The notes below the pieces were generated by a model. The model did no database searches, had not been told where the DNA came from, and saw only the letters and a program-made list of their open reading frames with translations. A stretch of DNA of 64,000 nucleotides from Lytechinus pictus. Its lineage: Eukaryota. The position numbers and the translations under genes were made by a program. Shown here piece by piece: positions 24,804 to 37,763 of the stretch; within the stretch, counting starts at the first letter, position 1, and each line of letters starts with the position of its first letter. The stretch spans positions 43,030,001-43,094,000 of the forward strand of contig NC_087251.1 of NCBI RefSeq assembly GCF_037042905.1, in the 5' to 3' direction.

Positions 24804-25409
24804 TAATATCTCAAGGACGTTGTTTACGACCTTCACTCTAAGTTACAAGTATTGTTTAAACTTTTAAAACAATTTGTTTAAATTTTAAGCAAGTTGTTTA
24901 AAATAAGATGGACAACTTGTTAAAAAGTTTGATCAAGTTATCTTGAGTAAAAAAAAAACACGTTAAAAAGTTTGAAGCGCGAGCAGATTCTTCTGTATAC
25001 CGACCTGAAAACGGGCATTTCACGTGCCATTTGGATTTATTAAGAAGATATGTATAAGTTTATCACTAAACAAATAATGCGAGCGCGAAGTTCGAGCTGA
25101 TTTTTTTTTCATATCAAGATCTGAAAACGGCCCACATCTCATTTAAAATATTGCAAAAACAAAGCGCGAGTTGAAAGACTTTGATATATATTGACTTGAA
25201 AAAAAAATTATTGTAGACATGGATACGATATGTCCTATCTCATCGAACAAACATATGCAGACGTGGAGCATAATACTGTACTGACCTTAATACGAAATTT
25301 TTCTAGCACTCTTTGTAATCGTCAATGTGATATCTATTCCAATAAAGGAATATACCTACCTCAAAAGCAGTTTGGACAATTTTACAAATTCCTACAAATA
25401 CTATATTTT

Positions 25410-25970
25410 TAGTAAACAAAAAATCCAACAAGCATAACACTGAAAATTTCATCAAAATCGGATGTAAAATAAGAAAGTTATGACATTTTAAATTTTCGCT
25501 TAATTTCACAAAACATTTATATTCACATCCTTGTCGGTATGCAAATGAGGAAACTGATGACATCACTCACTATTTCTTTTGTATTTTATTCTGTGAAAAT
25601 ATGAAATATTCCAATTTTCTCCCTGTTGTCGTGTGAAACAACGATTAATACCTCCATGAACATGTGCAATTAGCATTGTTTAATACTATATGGTTCAATC
25701 AAGTTGGTCCTTATTGTCAAATCTGTAAAAAATGAAATATTGTATAATTCAAAAAAAAAAAAAAAAATAGTGAGTGAGGGACATCATCGACTGTCTCATT
25801 TGCATGTCTCTGAGTTGTGCATTTCATTGTTTTGTGAAAAATAAGCGAAACTTTAAAATGTCATAACTTTCTTATTTTACATCCGATTTTGATGAAATTT
25901 TCAGCATAATGCTTGTTTGATTTTTCTCTATTTATTCAAATCAGCATTTTTCTGGGGTGGACTTGACCTT
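25410..25970. mobile_element. Copy of the 29980-30583 palindromic MITE, 5' end eroded
   Basis: Colinear similarity; 3' end ggggtggacttgacct|ttaa. Confidence 0.8.
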
Positions 25971-26354
25971 TAATGAAAATATTGTTATCTTATTTATTAA
26001 TGTAATGAACCCAATGAAAGCGCGAGATTTGATGATATTAATGCCTGAAAACTGGACATTTTAAAACACTTTTGTAATGAGGAATAGGAAGCATGTTTTT
26101 TTATATATATTTTAAACATTTAATGCGAGCGCAAATCGCGAGCAGAAAATAAAACGGACATTTTACAGATCACTGTTTATAATTTTGTAAATCAAACAAA
26201 ATAATGAAAGCTCGATGTCCGAGCTAAAATATTGTTTGCATATTGACTTCAAAACTTGACATTTTAAGCTCCATATCAGCCTATTCATTTAGCAAGATAT
26301 GTAGGCCTATCTTTTGATATAGTGATATGAAGATTTTCAAAAATTATTTTCCAG

Positions 26355-26929
26355 GGGAGCGTTTCATCAACATTTTCGTCTGACAAGTTGTCAGATCTGA
26401 CAATTTTCCTTCATTCTGATTGGCTGAGAGGCACTGTTACTATGGTAACTGTCGGATAAAAGAGGACTTGTCGGACAAAACGTCTGACAAGTCCTTTCAT
26501 GAAACGCTCACCAGATCTGACATCTTTCCTTGAATCTGATTGGCTAAGAAGCTCTGTTACTATGGTAACTGTCGGATAAAATGGGACTTGTCGGAAACAC
26601 TCTCCTGGGGGGCGTTTCATGAAAGGACTTGTCGGACGTTTTATCCGACAAGTCCCATTTTATCCGACAGTTACCATAGTAACAGTACCTCTCAGCCAAT
26701 CAACATCAGAGAAAGATATCAGATCTGACAACTTGTCAGATGAAAATGTTGATGAAACACTCCCCTGGGGAGCGTTTCATCAATATTTTCATCCGACAAG
26801 TTGTCGGATCTGACATCTTTCTCTGATGTTGACTTGATTGGCTGAGAGGCACTGTTCCTATGGTAACTGTCGGATAAAATGGGACTTGTCGGATAAAACG
26901 TCCGACAAGTCCTTTCATGAAACGCCCCC
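26355..26929. mobile_element. Array of four ~160-bp Harbinger-like MITEs in mixed orientations
   Basis: TIR GGGG(A/G)GCGTTTCAT; units separated and flanked by CAG/CTG. Confidence 0.8.
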
Positions 26930-28019
26930 CAGGTCTTGATCCCCTCACCTTATTTCATTCACTCGTCTTCCTCCTCTTTTTTCCTCTCCTTTTTTTGTTC
27001 TCCTCTCTTTTCCCTTCTTTTTCTCCCCCCCCCATTCTTCCCCCTTTTTTGATCTGCCAATAGGGGGAGGGGGCCGGGCCCCTCGCCCCCTGGATCCGCC
27101 TATGGATTTTTCAATTTCTTTTTTGGTCTGGTCTGGGTCTTCAAGGCACGTTTATAGGATTATTCTTACAATCCCCCCCCCCCCCTTCATTTAGGAACAC
27201 TTGTTCTCAAAGAAAAGGAACGCCACCAGAACGTACATTAACAGAACCATGGACCTAATAGGTCCATGACAGAACAAACTAGAAAAGAAAAGGGGCATTT
27301 ATCAAAAGTATATAATAAGGGTATTTTTAAAATAGGGCATTTGATTCCACTCTCCCTTTTCCTACTCTTTCCTTATCTTCTATTCCTTACATTCGTTTTC
27401 TTTCCCTCCCTTTCGTCCTTTCCTTTTCCCTAATTTCCTTCTCTTTCTCTCTCCTTTCTCCTTCTTTCCCCCCCTCTCCATTTCCCTTTTCCCTTTTTTG
27501 TTGGGGGGGGGGGGGGGGGAGTGGTGCCTTGTACATAGGATGTTTCGTAGATTTTTGAAAGAATATTAGCAAAGTTACTAAGCTCCGCCTCTAGAAGGGA
27601 AGCCCACCTCAACAAAATTGGTTTGAATAAGCAGAAAAAAGTGCAACAATATGCAGAATAAGAAAGTTGCGCCATTTTTAATTTTCGAATTTTCACAAAA
27701 TAGTTATGCATATCCTTCTTGTAGACCAATGACGAAAAAGATGACGTCATGCACTCACTATACATTTTGTATTCTACTTTCGGTTTTATAAGAAATAAAA
27801 AATGTTTAAATTCATACCTCATTACAAAGCATATGAAATAAGTTGATTCCTTCCATAGACATGTGGATTTACCATTGTTGTAATTGTGATTAAATGAAGA
27901 GCTTCCTTATTGTCAAACCTAGCTGCAAAAATCAAAATATTGTACAATACATTTAATGAAATATTAAATGAATAGTGTTCGTGTGACACCATCTCTCTCA
28001 TGTATTGCATATCACCGCT

Positions 28020-28640
28020 CACTTCAAGTTGAAGGCCTCCTCAAAGTGGTGCTAAAGGCGCTTGTCTTGTGCTGATGCAATCCAATTTATGCCAATGAAA
28101 TTTGTGAGCTCGTCACTCCATCTCAATTTTTGTCTACCCCGATTGTGTGATCCATGGTCTCCATTCTGTGATGCGTTTGGTCCATCTATTGTCATGTGAT
28201 CGATCTTGCAAGGTGGCCAGCCCATCTCAATTTCATTTGATTTAATTGCTTTGATTATGTATATTACTCTAGTCTGGCTCCTAATCCATTATATGGTTTT
28301 CCTGTCACGTTTTAATATCCGTAGCATTGTATGTTCCATACTGTGTTGAGTGGTTTTTAGTTTCTGTTCCATTTACTTTGTTACAGACCAGGTTTCGGAA
28401 CCATAGGTCACTGCCGGTAGAACACCCCGGTAGAACACATTGGTTATTTTTTTTTCTCTTAAGGCAAATTGGCATATTGCTCTTAATAATGTCATTGAAA
28501 TTCCCCAAAGCGTTCCATCCGGCCCTTGTCCCCCTTTTAACTTCTTCTAGTTGTTCGTGATCCTTTCTGACGTGTTGCCCAAGGTAGATATAGTGATCTA
28601 CTCTCTCAAATTAAGAGTTATCCATTATTATGCCCCGTGG
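28020..28640 (-). mobile_element. RTE-clade LINE 3' fragment (decayed)
   Basis: ERVDHYIYLGQ..EVKR..AGWNALG....IIKSNMPICLKRK..QCVLP, then WAGHLAR..DNRWTKRITEW. Confidence 0.85.
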
Positions 28641-29979
28641 CAATGTATTTTAATGTATCTTTAGCTTATTTTTATGAAAAATGAACAATTTTTTAAATGT
28701 ATCTTTTTTTGTTTTACATTAGATTTTGATAAAAATTTCATTGTGCTTGTTTATTTTGCTCATTTTATGCAAATTGCAAACTTATATATTCGAGTTGTCT
28801 TGAACAGCAATTATGTGTGTTAACAGGAATCAACTTAATTTGGTTGCAGGGATTTTTCAGATTGATACGAGAGTAACGAGACACTAGAAAAAAAAGGGTA
28901 GAGTCTGTGTTAAAACTATGACAACTTTTTTTAACTACCACTGAAACCATGATTTTCATTGGCAGATGGAAGTTGACAGATAAATGCAAAACCATAGTTG
29001 TAGCTCTTTACCAATCGGGCTCTAGGTTTGTTATTTTGTTCGATGACATAGAAGAAAAACGGAACATGTATCAGATTGTTTTATTTGTTTTCTGTTCTGT
29101 TTTGTTTTTCCTTCAGCAAAAAATTAGTCCGGAGTGGTCCAAGACTTTCAATAAGATCGATTGCCATCTGTTGCAAGTACACCCTGAGCCACAAATGAAA
29201 GTGGAATAGATCAAGTCTTCACATCACCATCCATGCGGCCTGGTCAGCGAAGAAATTCATGGAGCAGGTTTTCATCAGGAGATTATGGCTGGTATGGTGG
29301 GTTAGTTGTATAGGAGAAAGTTGCTTGGAACTTGAAAGGCATCCGCCCTTCTGCACGCAGCTATCTGATGGTGAGATGAGGTCTGATGATGTCACTGTTG
29401 AATGGCCATGCAAGTCGACTGACTTCCTCCATGCACGAAAGGACCCAGTTTTACTATGAGAAGGAGTAGGACGTGGATGGTAGACTTCTGTCGACGAGTA
29501 TCCTGAAAATACTATGGTGGAAAGTTCTCCCGATGTAGTCCATCATGGTGAGGAGATGATCAAAATCAAGTTGATCTTCCGCTTGCCTGAGGAACCCTGG
29601 GAAGGGAGCTCAGGGGGAATGGAGGGGGGGGGGGGGTACTGCCATTTAAGGTGGACAACAACATCATGCTCTTCCAGAAAAGCGTGAAAAAGCTCGCTTT
29701 TCCTGGCCAAGCGATGTAGGAGCGTAAAGTAAAAAGGGTATATAAAAATTTCCAAACTCAAGAAGTAATCTCCAACTCTGGATACGTGAAAATGGTATTA
29801 TAAAGGCTAGGGAAAACATGAAAGAATACTTGTTTAGGGTATGAGTCCCTTTGAGAAGGAATCTGAAATGAAGAATGTTTACTTTAGGGTCAATTTTGAA
29901 AGTCCATGGATGAGCATCCATCCATCCATTCACCCATTTATTCATTCATCTATCCATCCATTCATTCATCCATTCATTA

Positions 29980-30583
29980 AAAGACAAGTCCACCCCAGCA
30001 AAAGTTGATTTGAAAAAAGGAGCAAAATCCAACAAGCAAAACACTGAAAATTTCATCAAAATCGGATGTTAAATAAGAAAGTAATGACATTTTAAAGTTT
30101 CGTTTATTTTTCACAAAACAGTTATATGCACATCCTGTTCGGTATGCAAATGAGGGAACTGATGACATCACTCACTATTTCTTTTGTATTTTATTATATG
30201 AAATATGAATTATTCTAATTTTCTCCACATCGTCCGGTGAGACAAAGTTTTATTCCTCCCTGAACATTTGGTATTACCATTGTTATAACATCTTACGGCT
30301 CAGTTAAATTGGTCCTCAATGTCAAATTGGTGAAAATTGAAATATCGTATAATTCAAACAATAAAAAACAAAAGAAATAGTGAGTGATGGACATCATCGA
30401 CTCTCTCATTTGCATGTCACTGAGTTGTGCATATAACTGTTTTGTGAAAAATAAACGAAACTTTAAAATGTCATTACTTTCTTATTTAACATCCGATTTT
30501 GATGAAATTTTCAGCACTATGCATGCTAGTTTGATTTTTCTCTATTTATTCAAGTCATAATTTTCCTGGGGTGGACTTGACCT
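29980..30583. mobile_element. Palindromic ~600-bp MITE (caagtccacccc...ggggtggacttgacct|ttaa)
   Basis: Long internal inverted repeat; further copies at ~25410-25970, ~2480-2920 and ~27590-28010. Confidence 0.82.
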
Positions 30584-30587
30584 TTAA

Positions 30588-30915
30588 TTCATGTATGCTC
30601 GCATACATGCATTCATTCATTCATCTATCCATCCATCCATTCATCCATCCATCCATCCATCCATTCATCCATTTATTCATTCATATATCCATTCATTAAT
30701 TCATGTATGCTCGCATACATGCATTCATTCATTCATCCATCCATTCATTCATTCATTCATTCACTCACTTAGCCATTCATTGATTTGTGTATGACCACAT
30801 GCATTCATTTATTTATTCATCCATCCATCCATCCATCCATCAATTCATCCATCCAATCACTCATTTGTTTATTCATTCGTTCATTTATATATACGAATGT
30901 CAAATGAACAAAAAT

Positions 30916-30947
<32 letters not shown>
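30588..30947 (+). repeat. (ATCC/ATTC)n and (TA)n microsatellites; the tract starts at 29915 and is split by a MITE
   Basis: Direct inspection. Confidence 0.9.
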
Positions 30948-30948
<1 letters not shown>

Positions 30949-31469
30949 CTTCGGGAATTCTATCCTTGTATAGAGTGCTCGATGTCCTTCACAGGAAGAG
31001 CTTTGAATAATAAACACAAGTTCGCAAGGTTGACTGGAGGTTCATCAAATTTAATTTCAGGTGCGATCTTCAGGCAACTAAATATATATATATTGTAATT
31101 TTTTATATGCTGTTTGATATTGATTCCTTCCTCTTGGATTAATGCTTCTCTCGGGATGCTTCTTCAGTGCTTCTGGTATATTTACTTTTTTTATTCACTT
31201 CATTCACTCTTGGTGGGCTTGGTGCACAGGTTAGATGCAGAAGTGTAGGAAATTTGTAGACCATATCCCCTCTCAGATGCAAATTCAGATTACAGATTAA
31301 AAAAAAAAGACTGCCGGTGATAAGGCAAATATTTCAATAGACCGTTTTGAAGTGAATTAATTTCATGGACATTTCTATCTATTTTTTGGGGGGGGGGGGG
31401 GGGATTGGGGTGCTGGGACTATAAGTAACGATATATTTCTGATATCTGCTCTTGATGAATTAGTCCATT

Positions 31470-31669
31470 CTGTACCGACCGCACAGAAACGTTGTAAGTC
31501 TAACAGAACGTTAACAGTAAGCCCAGTCACATCTTCCGGATTGTGAAGTCAAAACATTTATTTCAATGTGTAAATAATGTATTGTTGTAACATTAGGCAT
31601 CGCTGCCACATTACCTGTTGTAACATGGCCTCTGTTAGCGCTAACAACGTTTCTTTGCGGTCAGTACTG
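31470..31669. repeat. Small palindromic MITE-like hairpin
   Basis: gtaccgaccgcacagaaacgttg / caacgtttctttgcggtcagtac. Confidence 0.65.
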
Positions 31670-33142
31670 GTGATTATCACCTGACAAACTTTAAAGTCTT
31701 CAAAAATAAGTTTTATAGGTATAGAATTTGACAAGTAAAAATGTTTCGTTGTATCCTTTTTATTGCTCCCATCTCCCCGAAAATAAAATACGGTAGGGCT
31801 ATTTTTATAAGTGCACTTGCTAAATCCGAACTATTAGTTGCTGTGTAAATGAAATATGGCCAAATTTTTAAAGAATTTGTTATTTTGCCTTGATGATTTA
31901 TTAATAAATGATTGTGTTACTATTGGCGGTGATTCCAAGGAAAGGGAACATGTCTCCCTTCCTCTTTGATTTTTAAAATTTTGTACAGTAGTTTATTGGA
32001 GAGGGTTGTCTCATCCACCCCCCCCCCATATGGACCAAATATCCCATGAAATTGCCGCCAATGGTTAAGCTCCTTTCGGCTACTTGTATTTATTCTAGTA
32101 CAAAACTTTTTCCTCTCTGCCATTTCTCCCTCTCTTTCTTTCTGTCCATCCCTCTCTTCCCCTCTGTCTCTTTCTTCCATTGTCTCTCTCCTCCCCTTTC
32201 TCAACCCCCCCTGCAGATCTTATTTGCTCATGAGCAAAGAAGATGATCTACCTCTGAAGGGACTTTCACACTTAGTTTTGCGACCGTTTGGTTACATTAA
32301 AATTTGCACATGATAGTAATGCCCGCAACGGTCGAATGACTAATTTTTAAATCCCCTTTATGTATATTCTGCCTACCTCATTTTCTTAAAGATTTTGGAA
32401 AATAAAGTAAACTTAGTGAAATGCATCTTCACATGAATTAACCATATCAAAAACTTGAGCAAAACATCTTATGATAGATGTTACAAACTTTGGAAAACTC
32501 AAATTTGTCTAACTAAAAATAACCTTGAACATTGCCAATTTGAAATAGTATTCATTTTTGTTTTGTAAATTCCATTATTTAAAAATATGAATCAAATAGG
32601 TGACAAAATAGAAAATACAGCACATCTTGAAATAATATTCAAGCAAATTTAGAATCGTTTCAAAATCAAAATGTATTTAATAAATTTTTTCATTTTGTGA
32701 AGTTCACTTCACTTCTAAAATATAAAAATTGAAGATAATTTTAAATGTCGAACTGACAAGATTCTCGAAACTTATACTCTGAAATTGTTGTGGATCTGCA
32801 TTTCACTAATGTTACAAGATAATCTTGCAAACCTGCAAAATTGCCACTAACTTGAATATTTGGTTTATACAGTGCAGAAGGTAATTTGAATTGTGAGGGT
32901 CATTGAAAACAAAAAGGAACTCGCCTACTCCTGATTACAAATATTCAGTGACATATCACTCGGTTAATTCATAACTTAAAATTTCATCTCGGCCTTTCTT
33001 CTCAAATCTTGGAAAAGATGGAAATTGCACCTGGAAAATGTAGGCCTTAGAAATTTTCTTTAAAAAAAAAAAAGGAATACAATAGAGCATAAGCCTTCTA
33101 ATTTTTGGTTTACCTTCTGCACATTGTACAACCTAAAAGCTG

Positions 33143-33930
33143 GCCGGTATTCTGAAAATTGTGTTTCTTTGCATTACCTTTTCTATATTGAATGCCATTA
33201 CAAATTTTAAAATGGTATTTCTGGCTGCTTTATATCCTTTTTTTTTGCTTATTGCCTATATTCGATATGAAAAAAGGGGAAGTACAATGAAAATAAGTCC
33301 AGGTTACTTAATATTTTATTTTAAGGAAAAGTACAGAAATGTGATAAATAATGACATTCTACATAAGTTAACAACGGGGTTGTAAAAATGACACAATTTT
33401 TCAGAATACAGGCCCTGGGCCCTGTTGCATAAAAGATCATATAAAATGGTGATATGGACCCTAATCAAATGATTGGCTGAAATCTATCACATGATCAGTA
33501 ATACATTATAGCTAACAGGAAAAATTACCAAAATTGGTGCTACTTATGATCATATTTTCTATATAGCGCATATCAAACATCACTATGACTATTTCTCTAT
33601 GCGCTCGGGGAAAAAACCGGTCCTTTTGACTGGTCATGGTGAAGAGATGATGGTTTATCAAATAGAAATCCATATCACTATCTTATAAAACAAATAATGC
33701 ACATCATGTTGCTTGGGCATTAGAATAATTGCACACACTTGTTACTTTAGAAACATTCCAAACACTCGGCTCTGCCTTGAGGATATTGGAACTTCCAGTT
33801 ACATTGTGTGTATGATTCTTTCTAATGCCCTCCATGATGTGTATTGTATAAGGTCATACCATCCAATGGTAGCTAACATGGAAACATTAGATGGCAAAAT
33901 GACTATATAGTAATTTTATGCAACAGGGCC
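33143..33930. mobile_element. Two abutting GGCC-ended MITEs sharing a CTG site
   Basis: ggccggtattctgaaaa..ttttcagaatacaggcc, CTG, then ggccctgttgcataaaa..ttttatgcaacagggcc. Confidence 0.7.
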
Positions 33931-34153
33931 CTTGGCACCCCCACCCCCCCAAAAAAAAAGGGAAAAGGGGGTGTCAAAATGGATGAAAAAGGGGCAGGTT
34001 GAAATTGGGGGGGGGGGGGGCAAGGCGGGCACGTCAAATTGATAAGGGAGGGGGGAATTTGTCGGTATATAGGTACACAAATGAGGCTAAAATAAGTTTT
34101 AATTTCTAAGATTTTTAATTTATTTTCACAGTAAGAGTGAACAAAAAAAAAAT

Positions 34154-34383
34154 GACCAGCAGCCAAGAAGATTCATTCAAGTATACAGGATACCATAGCA
34201 GCTGACCTCTGAATTCAATGGGGCAAACCCTACCCCCTCACAAAATGACCAGCAGCCTTGTCTGAGCTGGGGTCTTCCTGACAAAATCACACAATATGTG
34301 ACATCACCACTGAGAGACCTATTTTTCAGTGCACAGAGAAGGACATTGGATAATGCTGTGCATGGTAAACAACTTGCCACAAT
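34154..34383 (+). pseudogene. Decayed coding exon, paralogous to 39199-39427
   Basis: Gap-free 123-nt alignment to the minus-strand copy with 7 synonymous changes, 3 in-frame stops and a dead donor (aat|gaaagg). Confidence 0.55.
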
Positions 34384-35439
34384 GAAAGGGCTTTGTTAAT
34401 GATTTTAATGATATTTTATGTAGCCAATAGTATGCAAGACAATCCATCGACTTTCCAAGTGATTGTGTTCCTGGGGGCAACAGTTACTTTTTTTTTTTGG
34501 GGGGGGGTGAACTTAATTCATATTCATCTGAAATTTGCCTCAAGAAGAAATTTCTTTTACCCCCCCCCCCTCAATCTTTCCAAACTACTCCCCTTCCTTG
34601 CCATAAGAATCGGTCTGTCAATCTCCTTTGTATTCTTTTCATTTGCCCTTGAACAAAACCACCACCCTTTCTTACAACCATCTCCCCCTCCCCCATTCAA
34701 TACAAATAGCATTTAATCCACTGATTGTGCTCTCTTTCCATACCTCCCTGTACTATCCATCCAGGGAAGCATTTCATGAAGATTTTTGTCAGTGATTTTC
34801 ACCAACAAATCCTTGCATCTGATTGGCTTAGAGCAAATCAGTGATAATCACTAACTCCCTGTATCTGCCCATTTTCAATCATTTCACATCCTTTCAACAT
34901 TAACTTTCCATGACTGACCCTACAATTTAATATTTAGCATCAATTACTAATTATTTTCATTAAACAAGTCAATTTATATCATCACATTAAAAAAAAAATT
35001 CATCGGCTATCTTTTTTTTTTGGGGGGGGCTTTTTTTTCAAAAGAGCAAATGGAATATATCAAAAATACATTGCAAATAAATATACCCTTTTCTGTACAA
35101 GGTGCAATAGCATTTCAATGAATTTCAATGAACACTACATTTTGATCAAAATAGAAACCAATAGGGAAAAGAATTGATGAATTTTCCCCCTGTCAATTGT
35201 CAAGCTAATTTATTTATTCACCATCATACATGAACCAAATGTTTGCTTGCCTACTGTATCCATCATGCTACCATGAACTCTGAGAGATCAGGCGAGGCAC
35301 CGACAATGAAAGATAGATCTAATGGGTTATGACCTCAACATAGGCTTGTCCTGAGGGAGTACACTTCATATTCCACAATGGTTTATAATCCCCCATCAAT
35401 CGTTACAATACAATGCATGAACCCTAGTAGTGAAGCGAA

Positions 35440-35730
35440 ATTTCAAATTTCAAAAAAAAATCTTTCCATGGATATAAGGAACCATATTCATCAAGAACCA
35501 ATGGCAACTCTCACAGAAAGCACCCAATAAAATTGCCAAAACTTGTTCCAGACTGGATGGACGAAACCATTTCTTTAGCCAAAGGGTCATGGAGAGTTGG
35601 AACAATCTACTAAAACATGCAATGTCAAATCTAACAGACAGCACCCAATAAAATTTCCCAAACTTGTTCCACACTGGATATAGGAAACCATTTATTTAGC
35701 CAAAGGGACACTTGGAAAAATCAACCAGTC
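35440..35730 (+). repeat. ~120-bp tandem repeats derived from a CR1 3' end
   Basis: 2-3 copies of cacccaataaaatt..aacttgttcca.actggat...aaaccattt.tttagccaaaggg (SRLD.RNHFF-like). Confidence 0.6.
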
Positions 35731-36040
35731 ACTGCCCTACCAACAGATCAGAAGATGGATGAATGAACAGCCTAGCACCACTTCATGTCGTCAAGCTCCA
35801 GGACCTGGCTGAGAAACTTCTCTGACATGATCAGAAGAACTATAAGCAAGAAGGAAATAATTCTGATGGTCTGCAAATTATGCATTGTATGATCAGTGCA
35901 AAGAAAGTGAAAGACTTGCAAGTTCCCATGAAAGAGTTTTAGATGGCACAAGATCAAAGGATATTGAAATTCAGAATCATTGAGTGGAGGCCCTTCTCCC
36001 AAAATAACTGGCAATGATAACAGGTACATGCATAACTTAA

Positions 36041-36506
36041 CCCTATCTAGCCCGGGGGGGGGGGGGGGGGGCTTTATTTTAAAACTCATATTTAGATCAC
36101 ATCTAAGTATTTTACTTCATACAGCCAAATTTAAGCAAAATACTAACAACCATTTTGACATGAAAAAGTTTGAGCCAAATAACGCGCAATGTATGTTATC
36201 ATCTGAGCACAGAATGTATGACTGGGCATATCACGTTTGTAAACTATACGCAAGCCAGACTTAAGTCTGATATGTGGCCGACTTATATTAAAGCCACATA
36301 CAATTGAATACCAAAGATGGATAAGTGTATTTTTTTTTTTTTTTAAATGCAAAATACTGAGTAAAATACTAGTATTTAAAATTCTGGCCCAAGCATCAAA
36401 TTGAATACCGACCCTAATCAACGACCAAGATTTGGGGGGAGGGGGGGGTGGCTAAAAAGCCTTACGCCCGGCTATGCAATTTCAAAATAGCCCTGGCTAT
36501 ATAGGG
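36041..36506. mobile_element. Non-autonomous piggyBac-like element
   Basis: TTAA|CCCTATCTAGCC...GGCTATATAGGG|TTAA. Confidence 0.82.
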
Positions 36507-36818
36507 TTAAACACAGTAACTTCCCCTCGCTTTAAGGGATTACATTTCTGAACACCTGAATGTGATGAAGTTTCCTCTCCACAGGAAATCTATTCAAAAT
36601 TCTTTCCAAAGAAAGCATTTCCTCCTGGACACAGAAAATGAATGTTGACAAAGACCTCAAGAACCTGCCTTATTAGGATTCAAACAAGTGCATTGTGGTT
36701 TAATAATAGAGTTACAGACTAAGCCAGAAAATGTACCAGATGTATGAAGCTTCCCTTTTGGTGACAATATCGGCACGCATGAGGAGCAAAAAAATGGTCT
36801 TTATTGACTCTGACTCTA

Positions 36819-37763
36819 CAGTGCGTATCAAAAAAAAGTTTACACTTAGAAAAAGTCCTTTAACATCATACATTTGTAATATCTTGAAGATTTTTTGACA
36901 TTTTAACATTGGTACAGATCCATTAAATCAGATGACGATATAACTGTCAAAAAATATTTCCGCTTGAGTGAGCACCACTTACTTTTGAAAATGTAGTGAA
37001 AAATGATTTGCGCAGAACTTTGAAATAGTTATGTGGAATTTAGCTAGTGAAATTGATTTGTAGATATCTTTTACCTTTTTAAATTTGTTTTCTTGCCCAA
37101 AACACTTCGAAGAGTGCCATTGCGCCCCACCCCACTCCCCCACACACCGAGGCCATCATGATGATATTTGCTTTACACTGAGCTGTGATTTTCATGAAAT
37201 GGCTTAGGCTTGATTTTAATTTTGTTAATCATTGTTAAGCTTGGGAAAAGTGTGGAGAAACAAGTATTAAATGAAAAATGAAATGTAAACCCACATTAAA
37301 TGATAAAAACTTAGTAAAAAGATGTTGGAGATGTATGATACAAGCTTTTGTTTGGATTTAGTTATGTCCTCAGATCCAGCTGGCACAAAAAGCGTAAAGG
37401 TTGTGCTTACTAAGTGTTAAAATTTTAATTTTGGTGGCAAAATTGTTACAAAATGCTTACATGTTGTATCCATTTGACTTCAATTGACTCAAAGTGCAAG
37501 AGAAATGTTTCGCAGGGTAAGTTTGATTTCGCCTTTTTCCTTGACACAGCGTGAAAACGAGCATTTCTGCGCAAACAGATTTCTGCGAGCTTTACACAAA
37601 TGGACAGTGCTCATTCAAGTGTAACATTCTGTCAAAATTTTTACTCTCATTAGATAGATGAGACCCAAACCCAAGAATATATGTGAAAAAAATACCCACA
37701 TGTTGTATATTTTTCAATTGCCAGGGCTTTTTCAAAGTGTAAACTTTTTTTTGATATGCACTG
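36819..37763. mobile_element. Non-autonomous Tc1/mariner-like element
   Basis: ta|CAGTGCGTATCAAAAAAAAGTTTACACTT...AAGTGTAAACTTTTTTTTGATATGCACTG|ta. Confidence 0.88.

Noticed and set aside
27380..27530. Lys/Glu/Arg-rich ORFs and poly-G runs as functional elements
   Set aside because: Low-complexity pyrimidine and G tracts that recur throughout the window, mostly within repeats
30591..31098. His/Ser/Ile-rich ORFs
   Set aside because: Translation of (ATCC/ATTC)n microsatellite
34262..34395. POLQ/DEAD-box Q-motif-like reading LSWGLPDKITQY...GKQL
   Set aside because: Differences from the paralogous copy fall mainly at second positions in this frame, and no Walker A motif follows
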